The translations under genes and the position numbers were made by a program. A stretch of 64,000 nucleotides of DNA. Origin: Burkholderiaceae bacterium. Lineage in GTDB: Bacteria > Pseudomonadota > Gammaproteobacteria > Burkholderiales > Burkholderiaceae_D. Shown here one piece after another: positions 38,377 to 47,435 of the stretch. The notes below the pieces were generated by a model. The model had not been told where the DNA came from, did not search any database, and was given only the letters and a program-made list of their open reading frames with translations. Numbering within the stretch: the first letter of the stretch is position 1; every line of letters begins with the position of its first letter. The stretch lies in NCBI GenBank assembly GCA_049514215.1, contig JBEKVI010000021.1, forward strand, positions 1 to 64,000. The letters are read 5' to 3'.

Positions 38377-38411
38377 GCCAAGATACTCCACAAGCATACC
38401 GGCTGGGCTTT

Positions 38412-39293
38412 ATGACTTATTGCGTTGCGATGCGCCTTGACGAGGGATTGGTATTTCTCTCCGATTCACGAACCAACGCAGGGGTGGACCAGATCAGCAC
38501 CTTTCGCAAGATGCTGGTTTTCGAGCGGCCATCCGAACGCGTCCTGGTGTTGATGACCGCGGGCAACCTTGCCATCGGGCAGTCGGTCCGACAGTTGATC
38601 GAGGAGCGGACCAGCGCCCGCGGCAAGAATATCTGGACCGTGTCCTCCATGGTGGACGCCGTGCGCTTAGTCGGCGAGGCCGTGCGCGATGTGCGCACGC
38701 GCGATGCCGAAGCGCTCACCGAGGCCGGCATCGAATTTAGCATCAGCTTCATCTTGGGTGGTCAGATCGGCAACGAGCGCACGCGCCTTTTCATGGTCTA
38801 TGCGGCGGGAAACTACATCGAAGCCCACGACGAGAGCCCCTACTTTCAGATCGGCGAATCCAAGTACGGAAAACCCGTGATCGACCGCATGATCCGGCCG
38901 GAAAGCTCGCTTGACGAAGGTGCGAAGTGCGCACTGGTCTCGATGGATTCGACTCTGCGCTCCAATATCTCGGTGGGACTACCGCTCGATCTTCTGTGCT
39001 ACGAGGTGAATTCGCTCTGTGTGACGCGCTTTACGAGCATTGACCATCGCAACCAATACTTCCAGATGATCCACAACACCTGGGGCCAGCGCTTAAAGCA
39101 GATTTTTGCCGAGATCCCGGACCCGGTTTGGAACGAGAACCAACCCAAGGAGGAGGGCAGCCGCAGGGCGGCCTTGGGTGAGCCGGTACGCGCGATCCTG
39201 CCCGAGTCCCTCGCCTCGCCCAATGAGACCGTGCCGTCGCGGCGCTTTCAGACACTCGCCGAACAGGAACCGAACACGACCCAGTTTCTCTGA
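38412..39293 (+). CDS. Anbu (ancestral beta-subunit) proteasome-homolog peptidase, Ntn-hydrolase T1 family
   Basis: Starts MTYCVAMRLDEGLVFLSDSRTNAG, with Thr directly after the initiator Met (Ntn nucleophile position). About 293 aa. Classically linked to COG2308/2307/1305 operons. Confidence 0.8.
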   Translation: MTYCVAMRLDEGLVFLSDSRTNAGVDQISTFRKMLVFERPSERVLVLMTAGNLAIGQSVRQLIEERTSARGKNIWTVSSMVDAVRLVGEAVRDVRTRDAEALTEAGIEFSISFILGGQIGNERTRLFMVYAAGNYIEAHDESPYFQIGESKYGKPVIDRMIRPESSLDEGAKCALVSMDSTLRSNISVGLPLDLLCYEVNSLCVTRFTSIDHRNQYFQMIHNTWGQRLKQIFAEIPDPVWNENQPKEEGSRRAALGEPVRAILPESLASPNETVPSRRFQTLAEQEPNTTQFL

Positions 39294-39326
39294 CGCCGCG
39301 CAACACGCGCGCGTGCAGCCGAGGCT

Positions 39327-40115
39327 ATGGCGCTTGTCCAGTTTTCCCACGCCAACGGCTTTCCGGCCGGAAGCTATCAGACGTTTCTTGGGTATTGGCC
39401 GCCTTCGCTGAAGGTGCGAGCCGTCGAGCGTATCGGTGTGGACCCGACCTATCCCATCACCGACGGCTGGCCGCACCTCGTGCGGCAACTCGTCGAACAA
39501 ATCGAAGACGCCAGCGAGGCGCCGATTCTGGTCGGGCATTCGCTGGGAGGACTACTGAGCCTGCAGGCGGCCTATCGTGTGCCCAAGCGGGTGCGGGCGG
39601 TGATCCTCTTGGAAGCGCCGATACTGAATTCGCGGCGCGCGGCGATCTTCGCGCTCGCTAAGCTCGTTGGAATCGAAACACGCGTAACGCCAGCGGGCTT
39701 GACGCAGCGGCGGCGCGAGCGCTGGCCCACGCGCGCCGATGCGCGCCGCCATTTCCTGGACCGCGGCGTGTTTTCGCAGTTCGACCCCCGGGCACTGGAC
39801 GACTATATCCGGGCCGGGCTCGTCGATGACAGTCAGGGCGTGTCGCTGGCGATCGACCGGACCATTGAATCGAACATCTACCGCACCATTCCCCACACCC
39901 TGCATCGACTCGCCAAGCGCCCTTCGATCGTGCCCTTCGGATTCATCGGTGGCCGGCGTTCCCGCGAGATCGCGCTGGCGGGAGCGGCACTCTCAGAGCA
40001 GTTTTGCGAACCCCATTTTCGCTGGATCGACGGCACGCACCTGTTTCCCATGGAGCATCCCGAACAGGCGGCGCAGGTGATTGTCGATCTCATGGTCGAG
40101 ATGAAGCTTCTGTAG
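39327..40115 (+). CDS. Alpha/beta-hydrolase fold protein
   Basis: Nucleophile elbow GHSLGG. 262 aa. Only 33 nt after the Anbu stop. Confidence 0.7.
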   Translation: MALVQFSHANGFPAGSYQTFLGYWPPSLKVRAVERIGVDPTYPITDGWPHLVRQLVEQIEDASEAPILVGHSLGGLLSLQAAYRVPKRVRAVILLEAPILNSRRAAIFALAKLVGIETRVTPAGLTQRRRERWPTRADARRHFLDRGVFSQFDPRALDDYIRAGLVDDSQGVSLAIDRTIESNIYRTIPHTLHRLAKRPSIVPFGFIGGRRSREIALAGAALSEQFCEPHFRWIDGTHLFPMEHPEQAAQVIVDLMVEMKLL

Positions 40116-40208
40116 GCGAAACCCGGCAAGCGCTGAGCGCTCCGGGCTTGCAGAATTCGCTTAGAATCAGAACGTGCCGATGTAAGCCAACCCGTTTCGG
40201 ATGCCCGC

Positions 40209-41096
40209 ATGCCCCTCGAGCCGCGCCTTTTGGATGTCCAGTGCATAACCTCGGCCGGACTGCACCGGATGGCCTATGCGGAGTGGGGCGATCCGGCCAA
40301 TTCCCGCGTGCTCGTGGCCGTCCATGGCCTCTCACGCGTGGGTCGGGACTTCGACAATTTTGCGCGCGCCTTCTGCGACGAGTACCGGGTCGTCTGCCCG
40401 GATGTGGTCGGACGCGGCCGCTCGGACTGGCTCAAGAATCCGATGCTCTACCAGTATCCGACCTACGTGTCGGACATGGTGACGCTTCTGGCGCGCTTGA
40501 ATGCAAAAACCGTGCACTGGTTCGGCACCTCGATGGGGGGATTGATCGGGATGGGGATTGCGTCACTGGACTCCAATCCGATCGAGCGTCTGATTCTCAA
40601 CGACGTGGGCCCGGTGGTTCGCGTCGAAGCCTTGCGACGCATCGCGGAATACTTTGGCCGCCCGATCCGGTTTGCGAGCATCGATGAGGCAATCCAGTAC
40701 ATCCGCACCGTCTCGGCGCCCTTTGGGCCGCATAGCGACGCCGAATGGCGTTATCTTACGGAAATCGTGCTGCGGCGGGACGGCGAGGGCTGGGTGCTCC
40801 ACTACGATCCCCGGATCGCAGAGCCGTTTCGCGCCGACATGGCGGCAAATCCTGGACGGGGCGACATGCTGCTTTGGGACGTCTACGACAAAATCCGCTG
40901 TCCTACGCTTGCGGTCCGTGGGGCGCTCTCCGATCTTCTGAGTCCGCAGGACCACGAGGAGATGGGCAAACGCGGCCCGAAAGCGACACTGGCGACCATT
41001 GAAGGCGTGGGCCACGCCCCCACCTTCATGCATGCCGACCAGATCGCGGTGGCGCGGCGCTTTCTGGCGTCCGACGAGCTCCAGACCCATGGTTAG
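40209..41096 (+). CDS. Alpha/beta-hydrolase fold protein
   Basis: Nucleophile elbow GTSMGG, HGLSRVGRDF. 295 aa. Confidence 0.7.
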   Translation: MPLEPRLLDVQCITSAGLHRMAYAEWGDPANSRVLVAVHGLSRVGRDFDNFARAFCDEYRVVCPDVVGRGRSDWLKNPMLYQYPTYVSDMVTLLARLNAKTVHWFGTSMGGLIGMGIASLDSNPIERLILNDVGPVVRVEALRRIAEYFGRPIRFASIDEAIQYIRTVSAPFGPHSDAEWRYLTEIVLRRDGEGWVLHYDPRIAEPFRADMAANPGRGDMLLWDVYDKIRCPTLAVRGALSDLLSPQDHEEMGKRGPKATLATIEGVGHAPTFMHADQIAVARRFLASDELQTHG

Positions 41097-41460
41097 TCTC
41101 GGTCAGGGACCCGTCAAACGGCTTCATGTCGGACCGCGCCTGTCCGAGACGGCGATCCATAACGGCGTGGTCTACCTCGCAGGTCAGATCGCCGAAAACG
41201 AGGCGCCCACCGTCTACGAGCAAACGCGTGAGGTGCTAGGGCACGTCGACCGGCTGTTGGCCGAGGCCGACAGTGACAAGACCCTGATCCTGTCGGCGAT
41301 GGTGTTCATCAAGGATATGGCGCAGTTCAACGAAATGAATCGCGCCTGGGATGAATGGGTGATGCCGGGCCATACACCGCCGCGGGCGACGGTCGAGGCG
41401 CGTCTGGCCCGCGAGACGATCTTAGTCGAGATCAAGATTATCGCAGCGCAGTATACCTAG
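41089..41460 (+). CDS. RidA/YjgF/TdcF-family reactive-intermediate deaminase
   Basis: 123 aa (SETAIHNGVVYLAGQIAEN...PRATVEARLARETILVEIKIIA). Overlaps the preceding gene by 8 nt. Confidence 0.8.
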   Translation: MVSLGQGPVKRLHVGPRLSETAIHNGVVYLAGQIAENEAPTVYEQTREVLGHVDRLLAEADSDKTLILSAMVFIKDMAQFNEMNRAWDEWVMPGHTPPRATVEARLARETILVEIKIIAAQYT

Positions 41461-41510
41461 GCGGGGTCGAGTTTCGGCTCAGCACAGCGGGAGCCGAAGG
41501 CAATGCACGA

Positions 41511-43898
41511 ATGCAGTACGCAGCGACGGCAGCGGCCAAGCCTGCGCGCATCATCGAACCCTACCGGACCTATAATTCCATCATGGCGCCGACTTCCACT
41601 TCGCAAACGGCGTTAGGTCTTCCGAACGACCTCGCAAAGCTTGCGGAACGGTCGGCCGAGGACGCTGTCACGCCTCTCATTGCCCATCTGGACGAATCCG
41701 ATGCACGTCGGGTCCGTCAGGCGTGGGAATTCGCGCACGCGCTCTATGGAGGCACCCGTCTGTCGACAGGCGAGACCGCAAGCGGTCATGCCTTGGGACT
41801 GCTGGCCATCCTCGACTCGGTGCGCGCGGATGCCGCGGCCCGGGCCGCGGGCGTGCTGTTCGGGGCCGCCGATCTGCTCGCGCGCCCCGAAGAGCAGCTG
41901 CTCGAAACGTTCGGTCCGGAAATCGCTCCGATCGCTCTGGGCGTGCGTCAGCTGGCCCGCATCGGCGAGCTCACGCGCCGCTCGGACCATTCCAATCCGC
42001 GGCTGCGCGATCCAAGGGAGGTCGAGCGGCAGGTCGAGATGCTGCGCAAGATGCTTCTCGCGTTCGCGACCGATATTCGGGTCGTGCTCGTTCGGCTCGC
42101 CTCGCGCCTGCAGACGCTACGCCACTTCGCCGCGAGCAAGCTTCCGATCGCGCCTGAGCTCGCGCGCGAATCGCTCGACCTGTATGCCCCGCTGGCCAAT
42201 CGCCTTGGCGTGTGGCAGATCAAGTGGGAGTTGGAAGACCTCTCGTTTCGATTCATCGAGCCCGATACCTACAAGCGCATCGCGCGCCAGCTCGACGAGA
42301 AGCGGGTCGAGCGCGAGGCCTTCATCGAAAGTTCGATCGCACAGACTCGAGCCCTCCTCGAAAAAGCCGGGATTGCCGCCGAGGTCACCGGACGCCCCAA
42401 GCACATTTTTAGCATCGTCAACAAGATGCGGGCCAAGGGACTGGATTTCGAGAACCTCTACGACGTGCGCGCATTGCGTGTCATCGTCTCCGACGAGAAG
42501 GCGTGCTACAACGCTTTGAGCGTCATCCACGGGCGATGGGCGGCGCTGCCCGAGGAGTTCGACGACTATATTTCGCGTCCCAAGCCCAACGGCTACCGCT
42601 CCTTGCACACGGTCGTGCGCGACACCAACCAGAGGCCCTTCGAAGTCCAGATCCGCACCCGCGAGATGCACCGCTTCGCCGAGTACGGTGTGGCTGCGCA
42701 TTGGCGCTACAAGGAGTCCGGTAGCAACCAGGGGGCGCAGGGACGCTATGAAGAGAAGATCGCGTGGCTAAGACAGCTTCTGGCCTGGAAGGCCGAGGTC
42801 GCCGACTCGGTCTCGACGGGCGATGGGTCCACGGGCGGGCGCGACATGCCCGACCAGATCGCCCCCGCTCGCATTCTCGATGAGCACATCTATGTGTTGA
42901 CACCGCACGCGCAGGTGATCGAGTTGACGGCCGGATCGACGCCCGTGGACTTTGCCTATCATCTGCACACCGACGTCGGCCACCGCTGTCGCGGGGCGCG
43001 CGTTGACGGCGCAATGGTCCCCTTAAATACGCAGCTTAAAAACGGCCAGACGGTCGAGATCATCATGGCCAAACCGGGCAGTCCCGGGTTTGGCCCGTCG
43101 CGGGACTGGCTTAACGCGCAACTCGGCTTTCTGGCGAGCCCGCGTGCCCGGGCCAAGGTGCGGCAATGGTTCAATGCGCTCGATCTGTCCGAGACCGTGG
43201 CCGTCGGGCGTGCTTTGGTCGAAAAGACTTTGCAGCGCGAAGGCAAGACCGCGGTCAATCTGGACGAGCTCGCCCAAAGGCTCGGCTTTGCTCGAACCGA
43301 AGAATTGTTTGCGGCAGTCGCCAAGGACGAATTCAGCCTGCGTCTGGTCGAATCCGCAGTGGCGACCCCGCGTGGCGCGGGGCTGGACACCGATGTCGCC
43401 CAAGACGAGCCGTTTGTTGCGCGCAAAAGTCGTGCGGGCGAAGGTGTCTCGGGAAAAGGTGTACTGGTCGTGGGCGTTGATGCGCTCATGACCCAGTTGG
43501 CCAAGTGCTGTCGTCCCGCCCCACCGGACCCGATCGTCGGGTTCGTCACGCGCGGGCGAGGTGTCTCGATCCACCGGCGCGATTGCGCCAATCTCTCGAC
43601 CATGTGTCAAAGGCATCCCGAGCGCGTCATCGATACCGCCTGGGGAGACGCCGACAATGCGGTCTATGCCGTCGACGTCATGGTGATTGCGACCGACCGC
43701 CAGGGGCTCTTGCGCGACATTTCCGAAGTGTTCTCGCGCGAGAAGATCAATGTCGTGGGTGTGAACACCGAGTCCCGAAAGGGGATCGCCCGGATGCGCT
43801 TTACGGCGGAAGTCGATGACGCCAATCAGTTGCAGCGGGCGCTTTTGCAGATCCGGGAAGTCAAGGGTGTCGAGGAAGCCCGGCGCGGCGCACTCTAG
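41511..43898 (+). CDS. relA: (p)ppGpp synthetase RelA/SpoT-family protein (RelA-type, HD motif degenerate)
   Basis: RelA_SpoT synthetase domain (HIFSIVNKMRAKGLDFENLYDVRALRVIVSD...RPKPNGYRSLHTVV), TGS and ACT domains. No His-Asp hydrolase dyad seen in the N-terminal region. Confidence 0.8.
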   Translation: MQYAATAAAKPARIIEPYRTYNSIMAPTSTSQTALGLPNDLAKLAERSAEDAVTPLIAHLDESDARRVRQAWEFAHALYGGTRLSTGETASGHALGLLAILDSVRADAAARAAGVLFGAADLLARPEEQLLETFGPEIAPIALGVRQLARIGELTRRSDHSNPRLRDPREVERQVEMLRKMLLAFATDIRVVLVRLASRLQTLRHFAASKLPIAPELARESLDLYAPLANRLGVWQIKWELEDLSFRFIEPDTYKRIARQLDEKRVEREAFIESSIAQTRALLEKAGIAAEVTGRPKHIFSIVNKMRAKGLDFENLYDVRALRVIVSDEKACYNALSVIHGRWAALPEEFDDYISRPKPNGYRSLHTVVRDTNQRPFEVQIRTREMHRFAEYGVAAHWRYKESGSNQGAQGRYEEKIAWLRQLLAWKAEVADSVSTGDGSTGGRDMPDQIAPARILDEHIYVLTPHAQVIELTAGSTPVDFAYHLHTDVGHRCRGARVDGAMVPLNTQLKNGQTVEIIMAKPGSPGFGPSRDWLNAQLGFLASPRARAKVRQWFNALDLSETVAVGRALVEKTLQREGKTAVNLDELAQRLGFARTEELFAAVAKDEFSLRLVESAVATPRGAGLDTDVAQDEPFVARKSRAGEGVSGKGVLVVGVDALMTQLAKCCRPAPPDPIVGFVTRGRGVSIHRRDCANLSTMCQRHPERVIDTAWGDADNAVYAVDVMVIATDRQGLLRDISEVFSREKINVVGVNTESRKGIARMRFTAEVDDANQLQRALLQIREVKGVEEARRGAL

Positions 43899-43951
43899 CG
43901 AAGTGCGCCCGCACCGCGCAGCAGGCCCTCAAATAACGACGGAGGTGGGCG

Positions 43952-44443
43952 GTGAAGTGGAACGTCGTGGTTTTCTCCGGACTCATTATTCTGGGTCTGG
44001 GTGGTCCGGCCGCAGCACAGGTGGCCGTGTCTGCCGCAAGCGACCAGGAGGCTCTTCTGGTTTCGGGTGACGCGAGGCTTGCCGCAAACAAGCGGCTCGT
44101 CTACGACTTCTGGCGCGAGGTCTTCGAAGGAGGACATCTCGATCTCGCGCCCCAGTATCTCGCGCCCGGATACATCCAGCACAATCCGAACGTCCCCACG
44201 GGGCGTGAAGGCTTCGTTCTCTTTTTCTCCAAGTTTGCCAAGCCCAAGCCCACCGAGGCGCGCATCAAGGCACCTTTGGTCGCGATCGTCGCCGAGGGTG
44301 ATCTGGTGGTCTTTAGCTTTGCCCACGAACTCGCTGATCCCAAGGATGCCTCGCATCACTACACGACGACCTGGTTCGACATGTTTCGCGTGGCCGACGG
44401 AAAAATCGTGGAGCACTGGGACCCCGCCGAAATTAAGCACTAA
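43952..44443 (+). CDS. Secreted SnoaL-like/NTF2-fold protein (ester-cyclase-like)
   Basis: Signal peptide MKWNVVVFSGLIILGLGGPAAAQ. Core YDFWREVFEGGHLDLAPQYLAPGYIQHNP. Confidence 0.6.
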   Translation: MKWNVVVFSGLIILGLGGPAAAQVAVSAASDQEALLVSGDARLAANKRLVYDFWREVFEGGHLDLAPQYLAPGYIQHNPNVPTGREGFVLFFSKFAKPKPTEARIKAPLVAIVAEGDLVVFSFAHELADPKDASHHYTTTWFDMFRVADGKIVEHWDPAEIKH

Positions 44444-44568
44444 TCCTCCGGGCGAGGTGCCTAAGGGGTCCACGGCCCCCGGTTCACCGCAGCCTTTAAA
44501 TCAGCCGGGCGACCAGAGGGACGTTTCGGGAGCGCGTCACAAGCGTTCGGGGATGGTTCTGCCGCAAT

Positions 44569-44584
44569 TGGCATGAACTCTGCT
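44569..44584 (+). promoter_or_regulatory. Candidate sigma54 (-24/-12) promoter TGGCAT-N6-TGCTT upstream of the allophanate hydrolase gene
   Basis: GG at 44570-44571 and GC at 44582-44583 are 11 nt apart as in the TGGCAC-N5-TTGC consensus. ATG at 44621. Confidence 0.4.
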
Positions 44585-44620
44585 TGTGTTCCATGTGGTA
44601 TACCAGTCGGCGCCTCCCCC

Positions 44621-46357
44621 ATGCCCCTATCGCTTCCCCTGCAGGAAAAGCTGCGGCACTTTCATGAAAGTGCCGATCATGCAGCTCCTTCGATCTGGAT
44701 TACGCGCGGGCCTCAGTATCTGCTTGCCAACGCGAGTGATCAGGGTGGGGCGCTTGCCGGCAAGCTCGTGGCGGTCAAGGACAATATCGATGTCGCCGGC
44801 TTTCCGACGACGCTGGCGTGCCCGCCCATGACCTATCAGCCCACGCGTTCGGCGCGGGTCGTGGAGCGCCTGGTTCAGGCGGGGGCGCTCGTCGTGGGCA
44901 AGACCAATCTTGACCAGTTCGCCTGCGGATTGGTCGGCACCCGCTCTCCCTATGGTGCCGTACCCAATGCCTTTTTGCCCGAGTACATCAGCGGCGGGTC
45001 GAGCTCGGGTTCGGCCGTGGCCGTGGCTTTGGGACTGGTCGACATTGCGCTCGGTACCGATACGGCAGGCTCAGGCCGAATCCCGGCCGGCTATAACAAC
45101 ATCGTGGGGCTAAAGCCCTCGCGCGGCCTAATTAGCGCCCGCGGTGTCTTTCCCGCTTGCCAGCATCTCGACTGCGTCTCGATCATGACGCGCGAGGTGG
45201 GATTGGCGGCCGAGGTGTTAAGGGTTTGCGCGGGAGCCGATCGCGAAGACCCGTTCTCCCGGGCGCTTCCCCTTTTGCCCGGGTTTGTCGCCGAATCCTT
45301 CCAGTTCGGGGTACCCGGTGCCAAACAACTGGAGTTCTTCGGCGACGCCTTGTCTGCCGAGGCCTTTGGCCGGGCGCGGGCGCTACTGGCCGGGCTTGGC
45401 GGGCGCGAGAATACGATCGACTTTGCGCCTTTGGCCAAGGCCGCTGACGCGCTCTACGAAGACGCTTGGGTGGCCGAGCGCTATGCAGCCATTAGGTCCT
45501 TCTTCGATCGTCAGCCCGAGGCCATCGATCCGGTGGTGCGCGCCATTATCGAGCGCGGCAGGCACCATTCTGCGGCAGATCTCTTTGACGCGATGGTGCG
45601 CATGGGCCACTGGCATCAGCAGGCCCAAGCCCTCTGGGACGGGCTCGACGTGCTGGTGGTGCCTACGGCGCCTAACCACCCGACGATTGCCGAAGTGCAA
45701 AGCGATCCCGTCGAAACCAATCGACGTCTGGGCGTCTACACCAACTTCGTCAATCTCCTGGATCTGGCGGCGGTCGCCGTTCCGGCATCGATGCGTCCGG
45801 ATGGCCTTCCTTTCGGGATCACGCTCATCGGTCCTGCTGGCAGCGAGTGGCGTCTGTTGGATCTGGCGAAGCGCATCCACGCCGCCACGGGGCTTGCGGG
45901 AGGATTGGTGGGCGAGCCGGAAGTCTCCACCGGACCCATGGCACGCGCGCCAGGCGCGATCGTCCGGGTGGCAGTGGTGGGCGCGCACCTCGATGGACTG
46001 CCCTTAAACGGGCTCCTACGCTCGCGGGGCGCGCGACTGGTGTGCCTGACGAGCACGGCTCCCGTCTATCGCCTCTACGCGCTTCAGGGAACAAGGCCCG
46101 CCAAACCGGGACTCGTGCGCCAGGGCGCATCCGGCAAGGCCGGGCTTGCGATCGAAGCCGAGATCTGGGAGCTGCCCACGGCGCACTACGGTGCCTTTGT
46201 CGCCGAGATTCCGGCGCCTTTGGGCATCGGCATGATCGAGATGGCCGACGGCAGTCGCGTGCAGGGCTTTCTGTGCGAAGCAGCGGCCGTCGAGAACGCG
46301 CTCGACATCTCCCATTTCGGGGGCTGGCGCGCGTACCTGAAGCATTCGAGCACATGA
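44621..46357 (+). CDS. Allophanate hydrolase (AtzF-like: amidase-signature domain + C-terminal allophanate-hydrolase domain)
   Basis: Amidase signature GGSSSGSAVAVALG...GTDTAGSGRIPA. About 130-aa C-terminal extension (VGAHLDGLPLN...) typical of AtzF. 578 aa. Confidence 0.8.
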   Translation: MPLSLPLQEKLRHFHESADHAAPSIWITRGPQYLLANASDQGGALAGKLVAVKDNIDVAGFPTTLACPPMTYQPTRSARVVERLVQAGALVVGKTNLDQFACGLVGTRSPYGAVPNAFLPEYISGGSSSGSAVAVALGLVDIALGTDTAGSGRIPAGYNNIVGLKPSRGLISARGVFPACQHLDCVSIMTREVGLAAEVLRVCAGADREDPFSRALPLLPGFVAESFQFGVPGAKQLEFFGDALSAEAFGRARALLAGLGGRENTIDFAPLAKAADALYEDAWVAERYAAIRSFFDRQPEAIDPVVRAIIERGRHHSAADLFDAMVRMGHWHQQAQALWDGLDVLVVPTAPNHPTIAEVQSDPVETNRRLGVYTNFVNLLDLAAVAVPASMRPDGLPFGITLIGPAGSEWRLLDLAKRIHAATGLAGGLVGEPEVSTGPMARAPGAIVRVAVVGAHLDGLPLNGLLRSRGARLVCLTSTAPVYRLYALQGTRPAKPGLVRQGASGKAGLAIEAEIWELPTAHYGAFVAEIPAPLGIGMIEMADGSRVQGFLCEAAAVENALDISHFGGWRAYLKHSST

Positions 46358-46403
46358 TGGGATTCCTTTTTTCCAACGCCGGCCTTCCACAGAAGACATC
46401 ACC

Positions 46404-47435
46404 ATGACCGATACAAACGATGATTTGGGTGTGCGCTGGAAAAGCGGCGATGTGCGGACGGGCCGTCGGCGTTTTGTCGGACTTGCAGGCGCGTCAGCCG
46501 CCGTCGCCTTGGCGCCTTGGCGCGCAGCGCGCTCCGAGTCGGGCACCAAGGTGCGCATCGGCTACTGGCCGATCGCAGCGGGGCTGCCGTTTTACGCAGC
46601 TCTCGAGAAGGGCTACTTCAAGGAGGCCGGCCTTGATGTCGAAGGGGTGAAGTTTGCCGGTGCGCAGCAAGTGATGGAAGCGATGCTTTCGGGGCGCTGC
46701 GACGGCAGTGCCAATGGCACGGGATCGGCCAATCTCGCCATCGGCGAGATCGCCTCGCCTGGCCTGTTGAAGATCTTCGCATCGAATCCGAGCAACGCGA
46801 GCGCGGTCCTCGACGAATTCCTGGTGGCCAGCGCAAGTCCCGTGAAATCCATCTCCGAACTGAAGGGCAAGAGGGTCGGCTCGGGTCCGGGCATCCAGAA
46901 CGTGACACTGGCCAAGGCCGTGCTCGAGAAGGCCGGCGCAAGCGGAGCCACGGTGGTGGAGTTGCCCATCGCAGCGCACGTCGGTGCGCTGGCTGCCGGG
47001 CAGATCGATGCGGTGTACACGCTCGAGCCCACAGGTACGGTCGGGCGTCTTGCCGGATCCACGCGCATCCTCGAGCCCGGCGTCATCGCCCACTATGTCC
47101 TGGGCGATCCGCAGGCACCGTGGTTCGGCGGTTCGGCCTCCCTGACGTCGTCATTCATCAAGGACCATCCGGCGGAGACGAAGGCGTTTATCGCGGCCTA
47201 TGCCCGCGGCATCGATCTGGTCAGAAAGGACCCCAACGAAGCGCGCAAGTATCTCAAGGGGTATACGGCGATCGACGGAAGCCTGACCCAGGAGGTGCCG
47301 CTGGCAGCCTATAAGCTCTCGACCGAGTTCACGCATTCCGACGTCGAGATGTTCCAGAAGTTCTTCGACCTTTTCTCCGACAAGGGTATCTTCAAGTCGC
47401 GCGTACTGGTCGAACCGATGCTCTATAAGGGATGA
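46404..47435 (+). CDS. ABC transporter substrate-binding protein, NitT/TauT (NMT1/SsuA-like) family
   Basis: Tat-like signal RRRFVGLAGASAAVALA. NMT1-like fold. Confidence 0.75.
   Translation: MTDTNDDLGVRWKSGDVRTGRRRFVGLAGASAAVALAPWRAARSESGTKVRIGYWPIAAGLPFYAALEKGYFKEAGLDVEGVKFAGAQQVMEAMLSGRCDGSANGTGSANLAIGEIASPGLLKIFASNPSNASAVLDEFLVASASPVKSISELKGKRVGSGPGIQNVTLAKAVLEKAGASGATVVELPIAAHVGALAAGQIDAVYTLEPTGTVGRLAGSTRILEPGVIAHYVLGDPQAPWFGGSASLTSSFIKDHPAETKAFIAAYARGIDLVRKDPNEARKYLKGYTAIDGSLTQEVPLAAYKLSTEFTHSDVEMFQKFFDLFSDKGIFKSRVLVEPMLYKG

Noticed and set aside
40116-40208. Partial palindromes (GCAAGCGCTGAGCGCTC...GCTTGC) between the two alpha/beta-hydrolase genes
   Set aside because: Arms are imperfect and no T-tract follows. 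Could be coincidental GC-rich symmetry. Not called as a terminator or operator.
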